Shown here in pieces: positions 1 through 13,155 of a DNA stretch of 64,000 bases; position 1 is the stretch's first letter; every line of letters begins with the position of its first letter. The DNA is from Octopus vulgaris. Lineage: Eukaryota. Made by a program: the position numbers and the translations under genes. The notes below the pieces were generated by a model. It worked only from the letters and a program-made list of their open reading frames with translations. It searched no databases and was not told where the DNA came from. The stretch covers positions 82,026,001-82,090,000 of the forward strand of contig OX597823.1 in NCBI GenBank assembly GCA_951406725.2, in the 5' to 3' direction.

Positions 1-994
1 TATATATATATGAGATTAAGTCAGTCCATTTATAATACTGATAATATTTTATTGTTCTTACTGTCATAAAAGGTAAATTAGACTTTCGTCAAACTAAACA
101 AAGCCATGCATTTATTCTGGTTTGTCTCTCTTATCAAAATTCTCATTTCATTTCTGAATTGACTCCTTTTGGCCTGGATGTGAACACTTTCTTTGTTGGA
201 GAGGAACAGAAAATAGGAAGTGCGACGGTCATGTCTTTCCTATAAAACATTATTGATGCATGTTTTAAGTTAGACTACTTCAATAGTAGAGCGAACCACT
301 GTCATCGTCTCAATTTCTTGATTGTTTACATTTTTCTGTCGTTTTTTCTCTCTCTCTAGGATGTTGTACCTAATTTACAAAAAAAGCTTTCCTAGAATTT
401 GTAACCTTTCTGGTTTTCATGGTTACAGTGTCTATAGTAACGTATATAAGGCTAAGAATTGACAAAAGAAATAATTTCTAACAAATGAAATCGCTATGGA
501 GTTGAGTGATTTATTACTTTGCAATCTGTAAAACACTTAAGCACTTAAGACATTCTAAGTATGTTTTTATGGGAGCTCAGAGAGAAAGGGAATGCAGATA
601 ACATTAAATAAATAAATAAATAAATAAATAAATGAATAAAAGAGATACCAAAAAGAAATTCACAGCATTCAGTTTGATAGGTTTTAGTTGTTGCTTATCA
701 TGTAAGTATATCTTAAACTCTGGATTTCAGACTGAAATATCTGTAGCTTTGGTAGATATAGATGAAAAAGAGAGAGAGCGGGAGTGAAAGAAAGAGAGAG
801 AGAGAGAGAGTGCATATGGCAGGTGTAAAAAATATCTATCTAAGAGATCAGAGATTCATATCTGATTATTTGTATAGTTAATAAACTAAACTGTCAATGG
901 TCCAGTACATCTCGATGAACTTAAGAACTCCAACTCTGCAAGCATCGGGAATGTCAAAACAATTTCCCGTATCGGTATTACTTTACCAAGATTA

Positions 995-1513
995 CCGTAA
1001 ATCCTCGAGTATAATCCGCATTTTTTCCCAAAATTTAAAGATCAAAATCCCTAGTGCGTACTATATACGAGGTTAAAAATGAAAGATATTTTCCAAGCAA
1101 TGTCCGAAACTCTATTTGCTGTCCGGCAATGTTTATTCAGACGCATTTTGTGATGTCGGGCGCGAAAATACCTTAAGCTAAGCCTGAAAGCAATTAAATC
1201 ATAAAAGGATCATCCATAACTTGCAGTAAGCAACATTTATTAAGATAAAAGTATTCAGATCACAGAATAACATGTAAAAAACCAATTTGCAAACATATTT
1301 ACATTCCCATATAACAGTTAAGAACATCACCATTATTGTATTACGCATGCGCGGAAGTGTTTGTTCGACTAGGTGCTGCTGGCTTAATTACGCACGACTC
1401 AAGTTAGAGAAGGGGTGCGTATTATACACAAGATTTAGGTTTTTCATAGGTACAGCCCCCTAAAAATCCCCTGCGTATTATACTCAAGGGCAGACTATAC
1501 CGAAGATTTACGG
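995..1513. mobile_element. Non-autonomous Tc2/pogo-type DNA transposon (MITE)
   Basis: Termini CCGTAAATCCTCGAGTATA... and ...TATACCGAAGATTTACGG are inverted repeats, flanked by TA (993-994, 1514-1515). CCGTA ends are typical of Tc2-type TcMar elements. No ORF. Confidence 0.8.
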
Positions 1514-1586
1514 TACCTCAGGCATTAAACTGCCAAAATCATATTTATATAGCAGATGTTTATGGTTTAGGACAGATTGAATAACT

Positions 1587-1893
1587 GGTACTCCGTCGAT
1601 TACGAGGATGAGTATTCCAGTTTATCCGCTCATTAACATGCAAGTGAAGTTAGCATGAAAGTGGCTGAGCACTCCACAGACATGTATACACTTAACATAG
1701 TTCTCCGGAAGATTCATAGACTGCGACAAAGCCGGCTTCTGAAATACAGGCACGACCCATTTTAACCAGTTGAGTGAACTAGATCAACGTAAAATAAAGT
1801 GTCTTGCTTAAGGACACAAGGCGCTGCCGGGAATCGAACTCAAAATCTTACGATCGTGAGCCAAATACTCTAACCATTAAGCCACGCGCCTTC
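1587..1893 (-). mobile_element. tRNA-derived SINE, family A
   Basis: Reverse complement of the copies at 5103, 9974 and 13966, with A-box TGGCTTAATGG and B-box GTTCGATTCC. Confidence 0.8.
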
Positions 1894-4800
1894 GTGTAGA
1901 TTGAATAGACTTTTCCCGAAGGACATTCCCACCATGGCCATCTTTTCTTTTTCAAGCATATTATAACAAGGACAACACTAACACTATCCAACTTATCCTT
2001 CTCCCTTTTTTATTTCTTAGGAAGATAGAGTATGTTTTAAGGAAGGTTTGATTGATTTTTCTAGGAAATCAAGCATCCACATGGAGACTTTCTCTTTGGT
2101 TCGTAATTGTAGAGTTTTCAAGATGTCACTATACCTCTTCAAATTCATTCTTCTACCAATCACTAAGATATCAAACAACATTAAGATGAACGTCGATGGT
2201 TTGTGTTCATCATGGGTGTTGTGCTGCGTCCACCATTACAAGTGAGTACACTGTGTGAAAATGTAACCAAAATTTCCCATTTTTTCTTAATTCCTTTTCC
2301 AATTTTATTTTCAAAGAGAAAATTTGAATTCATAGCATTAAAACATTTTCAGAACAAATAGTGGTTGGTAAGCTCTCGGGTGTGAGGTGGGGGTGGGGGT
2401 GGGGAATAAATAAATAAATTGCATCTCTGGTGTGATTTCTAGCTCAGCCAGAAATCACATCACGTCTTTCCGAAGGAGACGCTTGTCTGTCATCAGATTA
2501 ACTACCCAGCTATTACTGGAACTCTGCAATTTTTCTGTTCATGTTCTTGTGGATGGTAGACTTGAATGTCACAACACTACTTTCATGTCTATCAATCTGA
2601 AATGAATTGTATGTATAGAAGTTGATAAATATTCCTGCCAGCTCTTGAATTTAGACGGGCCAACTAGGGAGCATCTACTTGGTCGTATCACTGGATCTGC
2701 TAAAAATAATAAGCAATTCTCTCTCCAGTCGTATCCAAATATATTAGAAAGAACGAGCACATTGGATGATATAATCCTAAATATATTATGTCTGAATAAA
2801 AGACAAAATTGTAACAGCTGAAACATTTTTATCAGAAACCTGTCAGATCAGTCTGAGTTGCGGAGACATGGATATATTTATAGGATCGTTTGAATAGGTA
2901 CAAGACCTTCCATTTTTATTTTTAGATGAGAAATGGGGTGTTAAATATCTTTATCAAGGGAGTAATTGGCCTTTGTAAACGGGAACACTGTAAAGATCTC
3001 AGTTGAGAAAGAACTTATTGGTTTATCTTGTTTTACTTGCAATTATCTATCGTGATATTCGTGTCTTTTACTTAAAAAAAACAAAAGAAGAATGTTCTTT
3101 CCATGCCTTTTTTCGATCTGGAAGATAGAACTGATAGAACATGTTTTTTTGAGCTAAAATTAAGCAAGCGTTATTCCGTTAAATATATAAAGAAAATAGA
3201 ATTCATGTTCAAGTTTATTTTTACTGAAAGTAAAATCCATTTAAATTTATATTTTAGAACTTTTTTATATAAGTTTTCTGATTCGGCTTACATTTCTGCT
3301 TGTCGTTTAAGAAAATATCGTTATTTGAAGTTATGGTTAATCTGAAAATAAAATAAATGAATAAACACAAAAAGAAAATAAAAGAAAATAAAAGGAAATG
3401 TTGCCACTTTGAATTTAAACTACCATTTTTTAAAAATTTAGTCATAAGCAGAAGTATAATTGAATATCTAAAATCAGAACAAAGGGTTAAAGAAAAAAAA
3501 AGAGGGTATATTTTATGATAGAGAAATACAATATTAAAACATTCATTCGTTTTCCAAAGATGTTACCAACGGGGGTGAAGTGAATTTTCGTCTGACGAGA
3601 TTCGAAACAGGCTTCTATTCGTTAGCAGCTTATTGTATATTATTCCGTAGCATTCGATATACGAAATTAATACATTTGGTTTGATTGAGAATGTATCTGA
3701 AAAATAAAGGCATGAATCACAAGAATCTAGAGTAAGCTACTTATCTTCAGATTTCGTTGTATTAACCAGATGAGAGATACATTTCAGGTAGTTAGGACAT
3801 TGGTATTTCACGGGTACCTTTTTTTTGAATCACCAAATGCCCTCACCATTGCAACGAAGAAGCCCCTATGACATCTCTCGATCTGCAAGAAATGGCAACC
3901 ACATCTACTTCATATCACACCTCATCTTACATATAAAAGGGGCTTGGAAAACAAACAAACAAACAAAAAAACACAAAAGAAATGACAGGATGATCACGAC
4001 TGGGATACATTTTATCAAAAGTCTGTTTGATTAGTGTTGATCTGGGACTGAAAAATAAGAAAAAAAACAGAAAAGAAGAAAAAGAAGTCTCTCATCATTT
4101 AGAATCTTCCATCTGAATTGTCACATTTAGAACCGGTACCAACTCAGATCAAAGTGAACTCAGGTGTGACTAGCTTCAAGCAATAGTTACGATATACACA
4201 ATACGATGTCTATGATAAGGTAAGAACCACCGACTACAGATTTGGACAATAACGTTCTCCATCTAGAAGAAAAAGATAAAGGACGAGAATAGCCGTTGTT
4301 GAGAAGAAAGAGGTAGCTTACGTTTGTCATGAACCCCAAAAGTTATAAAGCAGGAGCTTAACCCGATTTTCAGAATGTATAAGTGAGATTTACAACATTC
4401 CTCTCTGAATGAGACGCCGGTCCGTTGCAGCATTACCTTCTCAGCTATTGCTGGAACACATTTACTGTTGAATGGTCTGGAGAATTGTGAAATGAAGTGT
4501 TTTGCTCAAGAACACAACTCACCTCTCGGTACGAAAATAGATACTAGGGTTAGTGGGACAGAATTTGACAAAAGATATAAAAAAAAAATCTCCACTGAAA
4601 ACGGGACACGAACTGATGATGTTTCGACTGGATGTTTTCGTATATTTCCATCTGATTGTCTGTGTTCACACATTATCCAGCGAGCTATTATGCGGTTGCG
4701 CAACCTGCTACAAGTGGGAGCCAGATCTCTCAACGAACACCCTGCAGTCTTGAAATACAAAAAAGAACATTAAAAGATATATACTCCTAGATACAGTATT

Positions 4801-5102
4801 TTTACAAACAAAGCAATGTAGCTACATTTGGAAAATCCTTTGATCATATATATTTGCTCGATCGGGGCTGACTTTGGGTGAAACAACCATAACAGCATCA
4901 AACATAACTACAGGGAAATCAAATCCCATTTTGTATTTATATTTAGATGAATTATTTATTGGCGCGTCCTGTTGATGCAATATTGATTTTATCGGCTGAA
5001 TTGGGAAGAGACAATATGACGCGGGTTACTTGCGGTATTTTGTAAATAAATTTTGGTGTCATCGAAACAAATGTGTTTGTTATAAATGGTATTACGTATT
5101 CA

Positions 5103-5418
5103 GTGAAAGCGCGTGGTTTAGTAGTTCAGGTATTCAACTCACGGTCGTGAGTTCGATTCCTGGCGGCGCGTTGTGTCCTTGAGCGAGACACATTATCTCA
5201 CGTTGCTCCAGTTCATTCAGCCGACAAAAATGAGTTGTACCTGTATTTCAAAGGGTCAGCCTTGTCGCATTCTGTGTGACGCTGAATCTTTTTGATAACT
5301 ACGTTAAGGTTACGCGTGTCTGTGGAGTGTGCAACCACTTGCTTGTTAATTTCACGAACAAGTTGTTCCGTTGATCGGACCGACTGGAACACTCCATCGT
5401 ATTCGACGGAGTGTCAGT
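5103..5418 (+). mobile_element. tRNA-derived SINE, family A
   Basis: Head GCGCGTGGTTTAGTAGTT...GAGTTCGATTCC; body shared with other family A copies. Confidence 0.8.
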
Positions 5419-5556
5419 ACATATACAGTAGTAATAAGAGAAGGTAAAACATGGCCTAATGTTTAAAGCAGCTGCTTTGCAATCACGAGCTCCTAAATTC
5501 GATCCCACCCTGCGGAATCTTAGACAAGTTTAAAAAAAAATTATTATAGACTCAAA

Positions 5557-6005
5557 TAAGGCTGCAAGCTAGTAGAATCGTTAGCGTGTCGGACAAACTG
5601 CTTAAGGGCATTACTTACGGCCTATGTTCTGAGTTCAAGTTCCGCCGAGATCGACTTTGCTTTTCATCTTTCCGGGGTCGATAAAATAAGTCAAGTTATT
5701 GGGGTTGGTGTAATCGAGTAGCTCCCTCCCCACTAATTTTAGGCCTTGTGTCTATAATGGAAAGGGTTATTATTATTGAGGTTGTTAAGGCGGTGAGCTG
5801 GTAGAACTACTAACACGTCGGAGAAAATGCTTTGCAGCATTTCTTCCGGCTTTACGGTCTGAGTTCAAATTCCACGCGGTCGACTGTACATTTCGTCCCT
5901 TCGGAGTCGATAAAATAATTACCAGTTGAGTACTGGGGGTCGATGTAATCGACTGTCCGCCAACCACTCAAATTTTCAGGCCTTGTGCTTATGGGAAAAG
6001 AGATT
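5557..6005 (+). mobile_element. Two tandem family C SINE copies
   Basis: Each has the core GTTCTGAGTTCAAATTCC...CCTTTCGGGGTCGATAAA; approximate ends. Confidence 0.75.
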
Positions 6006-6479
6006 ATATACACGTTAATGGTATGGATAGGCACAGCAGGATCGAATGTTTAAGAAGATTATTTTGCAATCACGAGATCTCAGGTTCGTTTCCACCACGT
6101 AGTATCTTGGACTAATGGTTATATTATAGCCGCAAATGATAAAAACCTTGAGAATGGAATTGGGGGAGATGGAAACTGTGTGGAAGCCCATCGGATGGAT
6201 TGTATGAAAATATGAGCTACCAATAGTTTCAGGCTCCTCTGAAGATTACCGGGAGACACAAGGCCTGTTTAAAAAACTTGAGTAGACCCGCGTCTCCAAA
6301 GCAAGAGAATATTCGTAACTCGTCTTTATACTGTGTACATTAAATGATATGTGTGTGTGTATACACAAAGTGTGTGAGAGAGAAAGAGAGAGGGGTGGTA
6401 GGAATAACCTATAACTACTTATGAGACTAAACGTGTTGTTCTTTAGTTCGATCTGAGGGGAGAGAACTGTAATTTACCA

Positions 6480-7500
6480 ACGAGTTCTTTACAAAACGAT
6501 GTTGAATGTAAGTTTATCATACTTAGGCGCATAAATTTACTTGGAATTTTAAACATTGATGTTCATGCATATTTTATTAGGACGATACTAATTGTCATTA
6601 CTCGAGACATTCCGCTTGTCCGGACGACAGCTATTCAATAATAACGGAAAATTTAGTAGACGCTAATAGAAGATGGGAGAAAAAATACGTACACATCTCC
6701 TTGGCTGAGTAAGCTCTCACGTTATAACACGAGAAATATACCGTGATTCAGCAAAATTCCTCTTTCCAATATGATACAACTGTGCGTGAGTTTCTGAACA
6801 GAGAATTGTTCCACAGATGGATAGAGCGAAAAGGGCCAGTTGAGTGGTCAACACAATCACCAGACATCATCTCAATGGGCGCAGGAGTGGCTGTGTGGTA
6901 AGTAGCTTGCTTACCAACCACATGGTTCCGGGTTCAGTCCCACTGCGTGGCATCTTGAGCAAGTGTCTTCTACTATAGACTCGGGCCGACCAAAACCTTG
7001 TGAATTGATTTGGTAGACGGAAACTGAAAGAAGCCCGTCGTATATATGTATATGTGTTTGTGTGTGTGTGTGTGTGTGTTTGTGTGTCCATGTTTGTCCC
7101 CCCACAACATCGCTTGACAACCGATGCCGGTGTGTTTACGTCCCCGTAACTTAGCGGTTCAGCAAAAGAGACCGATAGAATAAGTACTAGGCTTACAAAG
7201 AATAAATAAGTCCTGGGGTCGATGTGCTCGACTAAAGGCGGTGCTCCAGCATGGCCGCAGTCAAAAATGACTGAAACAAGTAAAAGAGTAAAATAATAAT
7301 GGGCATTTTTGAGGTCAATGTCCCAAGATGAAACATTTTCTACAAAACCATGCGGTGTTGATAACTTGCTTCATTTCAGAAAAGAAACAAAGCAAGATAT
7401 TGAAGTTAATAAAGAATTCGATGTACTTTGTGAAGAAGCTGGACATCAAGAGTGTGTAAATATCGTTGGCTGGCAATTTAAGCACTAAAGAGATTATACT
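6480..7500 (+). pseudogene. Decayed Tc1/mariner-superfamily transposase remnant, interrupted by a SINE
   Basis: About 6745-6880 translates as QQNSSFQYDTTVREFLNRELFHRWIERKGPVEWSTQSPDI, matching the FQQDGA...VREFLN...RWIGR.GP..WP.RSPDL motif. The sequence resumes after 7298. Outer boundaries approximate. Confidence 0.6.
6881..7297 (+). mobile_element. Full-length family B SINE with internal (TA/TG)n microsatellite
   Basis: tRNA-like head GGAGTGGCTGTGTGGTAAG...GGTTCAGTCC, internal TG array, tail ending GACTGAAACAAGTAAAAGAG. TSD AATGGGC at 6874-6880 and 7298-7304. Confidence 0.85.
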
Positions 7501-8585
7501 TGATTGTAATTTGCGAACTTAAACACGCGTATTGTCTTTAATTGTTGTAAGTATGTCATTCTTATTGTGATTTAACAAAGCCACTCTAATAAGCATAACT
7601 TTTTAATTATCTGCAGATTTGTTTTCATTATAGAAGCTGCATACCTAATTGACGTATTATTATGGAAACAAATCTGTGTGTGTGTGTGTATAGTTGACTC
7701 TTGCTACTCGTTAGCTTTTTTAAACGGCTGGTAACTCTCATTTGCAAAGTATTTTTTTTTATACTTCAGCATTAAGAAAATGCTTTGATTCCACATGGTA
7801 TAATAATTCGAACGTAAGGCTGGTAGTTTTGATGGGAGGTAACAACTCGATTACATCGATCTCGAATGGATGAAAGGCAAAGTCGACGATGGCGGAATTT
7901 GAACCCAGGTCGTGAAGAGCCAGACGAAATCTCCTTTAGCCTCCTTTTGTCCGATGTGCTGATGATTCTGCCAGCTTGACCACCTTAAGAATCCAATAAT
8001 AATGAATGAAAAGAAAAATAAAGAAAAATAAGCCAATAGAGGAATGTGTGGTCGTTTGACCTGCTAGAAATACTAGTCAAATCTATCTCAAACGTTTACC
8101 ATACCGTCTATAAAAAAAAAAGGAACACATGCGATAATATCGTTCTTGATTAAATACAAGACATGACCACAACTGGAACACCTTCGATCATACATTTCAT
8201 CGATCAGGGTTGATAATTTGCATATAAGTTTAATTCCCTGCATAAGTATAACTAGACGGAGATGACTTAGACATGAAGCATTGTGGGAAGACTACCGTCT
8301 GCAGCATCCTCATTATGGTTCTCTAGATTTTGGGACACACCATAATATTTTTTAATGTCGCATATCAGGAGTTAACGGAGGGTCCATTTCGCATTTGTTT
8401 GACCATCTAGAAGTAGCAGTAAATCTTCATAAAATCCCATTCTACCGTCTTAAGAAAAGAAAGAAAACATCTGCTAATGAATAATCTATCATACCACTTG
8501 AACAGATAGGATTGTTACGACTAGAATACGTTTGATCATTGGGTTACTCGAACAGGACTGACCTAAGTTTAACCGACAGCAACAA

Positions 8586-9850
8586 TTGGATATACTAATT
8601 AAAAAAATTAACCTTAAAATAGAAACATACATTTTTTACAAAGCCACAGACGCCAAACAATACCTTCTTTTTAATTCATGCCACCCAAGACACACTAAAA
8701 CAAACATCCCCTTCAACCTTGCAAGAAGGATATGCACAATAGTGTCAGAACAAAATACCAGGAACTTTAGACTGCAAGAACTCAAAAACACCCTAATTGA
8801 CAGACATTACCCAGCTCAACTCATAGAGGATGGGATCAGACGTGCAACAGAAATCAACATAGAAACTTTAAGAAAAGTTCAACACAACAACACACCTTCC
8901 CCGAAAATACTACCTTACATATCTACATACAACCCCAGAAACAAAGAAGCCTTCACCATCATCACCCAGAATTTACCAATACTTCATAAGGACCCCAAAT
9001 TAAAGGAAATTCTAAACATACACCAAATCATTAAAAGCTACAAACAACCTAAATCACTTAAAAAGATTCCCACAAAGGCAAAATTGTCTTCTGATATTAC
9101 GGATGCAAAAGTAAAAAAAATGTGGTAGATCGAACTGTGCAACATGTCCAAACCTGCTAGAAGGTTCAGAATTCCTCTTTAAAGAGGGACAGAAATTCAA
9201 GATCAAATCTAACTTTACTTGTGCCTCTGAAAACATAATTTATGTCATAAAATGCTCGGGCTGCCACCAAGACTACGTGGGATCCACGGGACTATCACTC
9301 AGACGTAGATGCACACTGCATCGATAACAGATTGCATTCCCAGAATACAGAATGATACCTTTTAGTGAGCACATTGAGAAATGCGCAAAGCAACTACTAC
9401 CACAATTTTTAATCTTTCCATTTTACCAATGTGCTATCGGATCATCAACACAAATTAGACTAAACAAGGAAACATTCTTCATTGAAATTCACACCAAGGG
9501 AAAGGAAAATAAATTTTAAGCGATTATCTCCCTTACACCGGAAGAAATCACTCATTACCTCCCCTTATTTAGAACTCTTTTGAACATAAACATAACGATA
9601 ACCCTGTTCAACATAAACATAACGTCGCAAGAAATTTGAAAAGCTAAACGCGAAACCGGTCTTTCTTCTAAATTATGTCATTATAAGAGAAAAAATTTTT
9701 TTTAATATTCTTCAAAAATTTTTTTATATTCTTCAGACATATTGACGCAAATATATATTTTTTAACATTTAAGCCTTCTGTAGTCTTTTCACTTTTTACT
9801 ATTTTCTATATATTCAACCACGTGCTTTCACAAACCAACTTTCTTATCTA
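8586..9850 (+). mobile_element. 5'-truncated Penelope-like retroelement (Neptune type): RT C-terminus, GIY-YIG endonuclease and 3' region
   Basis: ORF 8586-9128 has YKATDAKQYLLFNSCHPRHTKTNIPFNLARRICTIVS. After a frameshift in the A-run near 9120 comes CGRSNCATC...FTCASENIIYVIKCSGCHQDYVGSTG...RRR (Cys knuckle plus GIY-YIG) with one in-frame stop. Ends at a (TA)n run. Confidence 0.9.
9629..9667 (+). ncRNA. Degenerate minimal type I hammerhead ribozyme in PLE 3' region
   Basis: AAGAAAT-TTGAAAA-GC-TAAAC-GC-GAAA-CCGG-TC-TTTCTT: mutated CUGANGA box, 2-bp stem II, palindromic stem III ACCGGT, stem I AAGAAA/TTTCTT. Confidence 0.55.
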
Positions 9851-9973
9851 TATATATATATATATACGTTCATTCTTCTGGACTGATCGGAACGTGAATA
9901 ACTATCACTGTTTTTTTATCGCCACCGGAACGAAGAGAATACTTATCACTTTAATCCACTCTTATAGGAATGG

Positions 9974-10288
9974 TATGGCACGCGGTTAGGGTCTTCAGTT
10001 CACGATCGTAAGGTTGTGAGTTCGATACCCGCCCGCGCGTTATGTCCTTGAGTAAAATACTTTATTTCACGTTGCTCCAGTTCACTCAGCTAGTAAAAAC
10101 GAGTTGTACCTACATTTCAAAGGGGCCAGTTTTTGTCACATTCTGTGTCACATTGAATCTTCCAGTGAACTATATTAATATTATCGTGTCTGTGGAGTGC
10201 TCAGCCACTTGCACGTTAATTTCAAGAGCTAGCTGTTCCGTTAATCGGATCAGCAGGAACCATCGTCGTCGTAACCGACAGAGTGCCA
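9974..10288 (+). mobile_element. tRNA-derived SINE, family A
   Basis: Homologous to 13966-14291. Confidence 0.8.
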
Positions 10289-10308
10289 GTAATATGTGTG
10301 GAAATAAA

Positions 10309-10532
10309 GGCGGCGAGCTGGGAGAAACGTTTGCGCGCAGGGCGAAATGCTTAGCGGTATTTCGTCTGTCGTTACGTTCTGAGTTCAAATTCCACCGAGG
10401 TCGACTTTGCCTTTCATTCTTTCGGGGTCGGTAAATAAAGTACCAGTTTCACAATGGGGTCAATGTAATCGACTTAATCCGTTTGTCTGTCCTTGTTTGT
10501 CCCCTCTATGTTTAGCCCCAGTAAAGAAATAT
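10309..10532 (+). mobile_element. Family C SINE with 17-bp TSD
   Basis: GGCGGCGAGCTGG head. TSD ATATGTGTGGAAATAAA at 10292-10308 and 10533-10549. Confidence 0.88.
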
Positions 10533-11302
10533 ATATGTGTGGAAATAAACGTTCGTCAAGTGTTGGTTGCCATTGTTTTAGAAGCCAGGCTAAGTTTTTC
10601 CTTCTTTACTTTTCACTACATTCGTCTGGTGCATGCAGAATCATCTGAAGTCAATAGCTTATTAAAATAAATGGTCTCCATCAAGCGGAAATGCCGTGAC
10701 ACACTATATGAATGCGTCTTCGGTACTATTTTACCGATTCATTCAATTGAGGTTATAAAACATTTTCGACTCTCAAACGTATCTGATTGTCTTATAACAC
10801 GACAAAATAAATAAATGAATCAAGAATGATTGCTAAAAGAAAAAAGAATAACAATACTAGGGGAAAATAATAAGTAAAATAATACAAGCAACATTTTATT
10901 ACTAAATTATAGTCGGAGGAAATAAAAAACAAAAGAAAACCCCGCTAGATTTGTCATGTATAGTTAAAATCGTGTTATCATGGCGGAACACAATAGTCGG
11001 AAGAACTGTTTAGGTAATTTACACCAGAAAATGTATGACAAAGGTGAAGAAGTAGACAGAAAAAGAAATATTTGAAGACATGCAAATACACACAAGCTTC
11101 TATGAAGGATTCAACAAGATTTTACTGAATTGATAATAACTAACCCTTCACCATTGTTAGAGATGGTTGATTTTTCTTCTCTTAAGTTTAGTATTTTTCA
11201 CTTCCGCTTCGCTCTTATTCTTCACTAACTTTTTACCTTTTCTCTCATTCGGAGACAACCACAGGCATACATGCAATTTACATATACGTGTTTGTGTGTA
11301 TG

Positions 11303-11323
11303 TATATATATATATATAAGTTC

Positions 11324-11390
<67 letters not shown>

Positions 11391-11639
11391 TATATTTTGT
11401 TTTGGGATTTGGTTTGCAAGATTCTTTATGTGAGTTCGTGTGTTGAACCATATTCTGTTGTGTCTGGGGAGAATCATTTTCTTTTTGTACCTTATAATTT
11501 AACAAACACACCAGTAAAATTTTCACTTATTTCTTATTTTTATTTTCTTAAAATTTTCGTTGCGTCTTGCAACCTTTCCAATAGTCTTGACTCTGTTATT
11601 TACACTGTGTTATTTACACTGTAAATAACGGGCACAACC

Positions 11640-11731
<92 letters not shown>
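11303..11731. repeat. Two (TA)n arrays flanking a dispersed repeat (about 11396-11640) homologous to 18440-18580
   Basis: Shared sequence TTGTGTCTGGGGAGA...AAAATTTTCGTTG(C/T)GT.TTGCA.CCTTT.CAATA. Confidence 0.75.
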
Positions 11732-11735
<4 letters not shown>

Positions 11736-12036
11736 ATATCATATCTAATGTAGGATAGAGTTTTTCGAAATAAATTCTATTAATGGCCAGCATATTAAAA
11801 ATACCTTTAAAGGTTAAATTTATAAACAATTTATAAATAAGGACAAAAGAAAAAATTTGGCATTAGAAAATTTTTTCTTTTGTCCTTATTTATAGATTGT
11901 TTATATATATATATATGGTCGAGGAGTGTATGTTTCTATGTGTATATATATATGGGTGTGTGTTTACATACGCTTGTCTGTATTCACACACACACGCACA
12001 CACTCACATGTATTTCAAGACATTTCGAAAATTGAA

Positions 12037-12577
12037 TCATCCCAGAGGGCATTCACTAAAAGAATTAAGGACATAACTCATCTCGATTATTAGGACCGCC
12101 TTGAAGCATTGAAACTTTATTTTCTCCAGTGTCACCGTGAGCGATACATCATTTGCACGATATGAAGAATATACCACCAGCATTGCCCAAACGATCTCAA
12201 CATTAGTTTCAAAATTCATCCAAGGCTAGGACCACATTTCATACGTCCCCGATTCAATCCAAGATCAAAATACATAAATACATTCCAACACAATTTCTTT
12301 CCCTCTACAGGCTCTGCTCTATTCAACATTGTCCCAAAACAAATTAAAGAGGAAAAACATCCCATCACTTTGAAACGGAATCTGGACAAATTTCTTCAAG
12401 AGATACCAGATAAACCACCTATACTTGAATACAACTCACTCAACAAGAACTCCCTACTTGAATGGGCCATGCTACCACAAAACTTGGACTTGAATAGGAT
12501 TTAGCAAATCTTATCAGATGGTGCTGTTAAGTTAGACATAGCCTAAGCCAATCTTTGGTCGAAACATATCTAAGTTT
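12037..12577 (+). mobile_element. CR1-clade LINE 3' fragment (decayed ORF2 C-terminus plus 3' UTR)
   Basis: Translates as QRAFTKRIKDITHLDY*DRLEALKLY...RERY...LKRNLDKFLQEIPDKP. 3' end GGTCGAAACATATCTAAGTT is shared with the copy at 49663. Confidence 0.8.
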
Positions 12578-12643
12578 TAAATCTGCCGCAGTCAAATGAC
12601 TGAAACAAGTAAAAGAATAAAAGACTATATATATATATATATA

Positions 12644-12800
12644 GTGTGAAGTATATTTGCTAAATGTGGCTAACCACTAAGGGTGGAGCACAGAAAGTGT
12701 GTCAATAGCCAGCTGGAGAAGATGTTCTCCTGGGGCTACAAGCTACAGTAGCATCCACCCTTGTGGTTAGCCACATTTAGATGGCAAATATATTTCACAT
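12644..12800. repeat. Fold-back element with about 45-bp inverted arms, next to (TA)n
   Basis: GTGTGAAGTATATTTGCTAAATGTGGCTAACCAC.AAGGGTGGA versus TCCACCCTTGTGGTTAGCCACATTTAG...GCAAATATATTTCACAT. Confidence 0.8.
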
Positions 12801-12841
12801 TCACAGTTACTGTTTATACCTCGTTCAGAGATTTATTATTG

Positions 12842-12880
<39 letters not shown>

Positions 12881-13107
12881 GAGACAGAAAATATATATAT
12901 CGGAGACAGAGAAAATATATATATCGGAGACAGAGAAAGAGAGAGACAGACAGAGGAAAAGGTTTCGTTTTTTTGTACAGACTCGTATGTGTTCACATAC
13001 GCACACTATATAAATGTGTGAACTTGTATGTATTCAACTTTGTACACAGACACACACAAACACACACACAAACACGCACGCACGCGCACACACACACACA
13101 TGCACAC

Positions 13108-13155
<48 letters not shown>

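Noticed and set aside
3592-3612. CTGACGAG-ATT-CGAAAC minimal hammerhead-like core
   Set aside because: No U16.1-H17 in register, no stem I pairing and no repeat context.
6237-6325. CTGAAGA...GTAACTCGTC hammerhead-like boxes
   Set aside because: GAAA box mutated and stem I absent.
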